DNA of 62,325 bases, counting the filler, from Sphacelaria rigidula (taxonomy: Eukaryota): NCBI GenBank assembly GCA_964200075.2. It is 11 parts of 11 records of this genome, joined end to end, with 100 filler letters (N's around TTAATTAATTAA, not from the genome) between each part and the next. Parts side by side here need not be neighbours in the genome. Positions count along the whole stretch, not along the records: positions 56,751 to 62,325 come from CAXNAA020026195.1; 10 more parts are not named here. One strand, 5' to 3'. Shown here piece by piece: positions 61,471-62,325 of this stretch. The translations under genes and the position numbers were made by a program. Each line of letters starts with the position of its first letter. Positions within the stretch are counted from its first letter, which is position 1. Under the pieces are notes generated by a model that saw nothing but the letters and a program-made list of their open reading frames with translations, was not told where the DNA came from and did no database searches.

Positions 61471-62325
61471 ACTTTTCTTGCTTGCTATTGCACCGCATGT
61501 TGTCATATGCACGCGTATTTTCCGCCCTCATGTTTCCATCATTTTATACCTTGCTTTGATATGAACGCACAGTTTTTGTCATTATCACTTGCATTTTATA
61601 TGCTTCGCCTGACCTACACCGTGCACCCATAATGTCACCACTGTACCTAACCAGCAATGATCGTGTTCCAGGCATTCTCCAAATTATTTCGTTTTTTTGT
61701 TGCATATTGAATTAGGACGATCAACCCACCATGATCAGTATTTATTTTGTTTCCGGGGTTGCATTTTTATTGTGGCCATGGGGATTTGTGAAATGGACGT
61801 GCGGTAAAGCTTCCACTTTTTTTTTTTTCATCTTACGTACTCGTATTGTCTGCATCTCGTGTCTACCGTACCTGTCTTTTGAGTCACTCGATTGTATTTT
61901 GAGTGCTTTCTAATTTTGCGCCGCCGTCGTCTTGCTCTTTCGAGCTGCACTATTTGTAATTTTATGTTTTGTAATTTTGTGTTGAGTTTTGCGCCCTTGA
62001 TGTTTTTCTTTTGACCGTGCGGGTATAGGCTATCCGCATGACCCTGTCTGTTGCGCTACCTGTACACTCATCATGCTTGAGCAGGACTCAGCTTCTAATC
62101 GTTTCATCCATCTGGTTCGCAACGCCGAAACGCCGGATTTACCACCCGGCGCAGGACATTTCGATCTGCGTCACGTGGTATAAAACCGATCCATTTTTTC
62201 ATGTACTCCAAGACTCACAACGTATACTAACCATGCCCTCTATTGCTTCCGCCCTTGGTTACGCACCCATGAGGCAGCGTATAAGCCGTGTCTGTCTCTG
62301 GAAGTGGCGATACCACAAAATAAAA

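Noticed and set aside
60981..61632. Cys/Leu-rich or Thr/Gln-rich ORFs in several frames
   Set aside because: Degenerate trinucleotide low-complexity DNA is open in most frames, so this is not evidence of coding.

Overview
This window is not one continuous locus. It consists of 11 unrelated contigs, each exactly 5575 bp, joined by 100-bp artificial linkers (N44-TTAATTAATTAA-N44). The DNA is intron-rich and repeat-dense eukaryotic sequence. The exon style and repeat content suggest a stramenopile, probably a brown alga (inference). Recognisable host gene pieces are 3 exons of a proline iminopeptidase, the large 3' exon of GPI mannosyltransferase 2 (PIG-V), 3 exons of a myosin motor domain (one with a likely GC donor), a YTH-domain exon, and a few low-confidence orphan exons. 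Mobile DNA dominates. It includes two degenerate Ty3/Gypsy elements (one with both LTRs, a TSD and a chromodomain), a rearranged Ty1/Copia element with an extra 3' ORF and 3' LTR, two tRNA-like SINE families, LINE-type 3' tails, many MITE/foldback elements, a palindromic 42-bp minisatellite and an abundant unclassified two-module repeat. The most intriguing signal is a shared 3'-terminal RNA architecture (GACCACGG, a family-specific hairpin, an ATGTG/ATGGG-like motif, then a simple-repeat tail) across at least five otherwise unrelated retroposon families. No prokaryote-type system such as CRISPR or an operon is supported.
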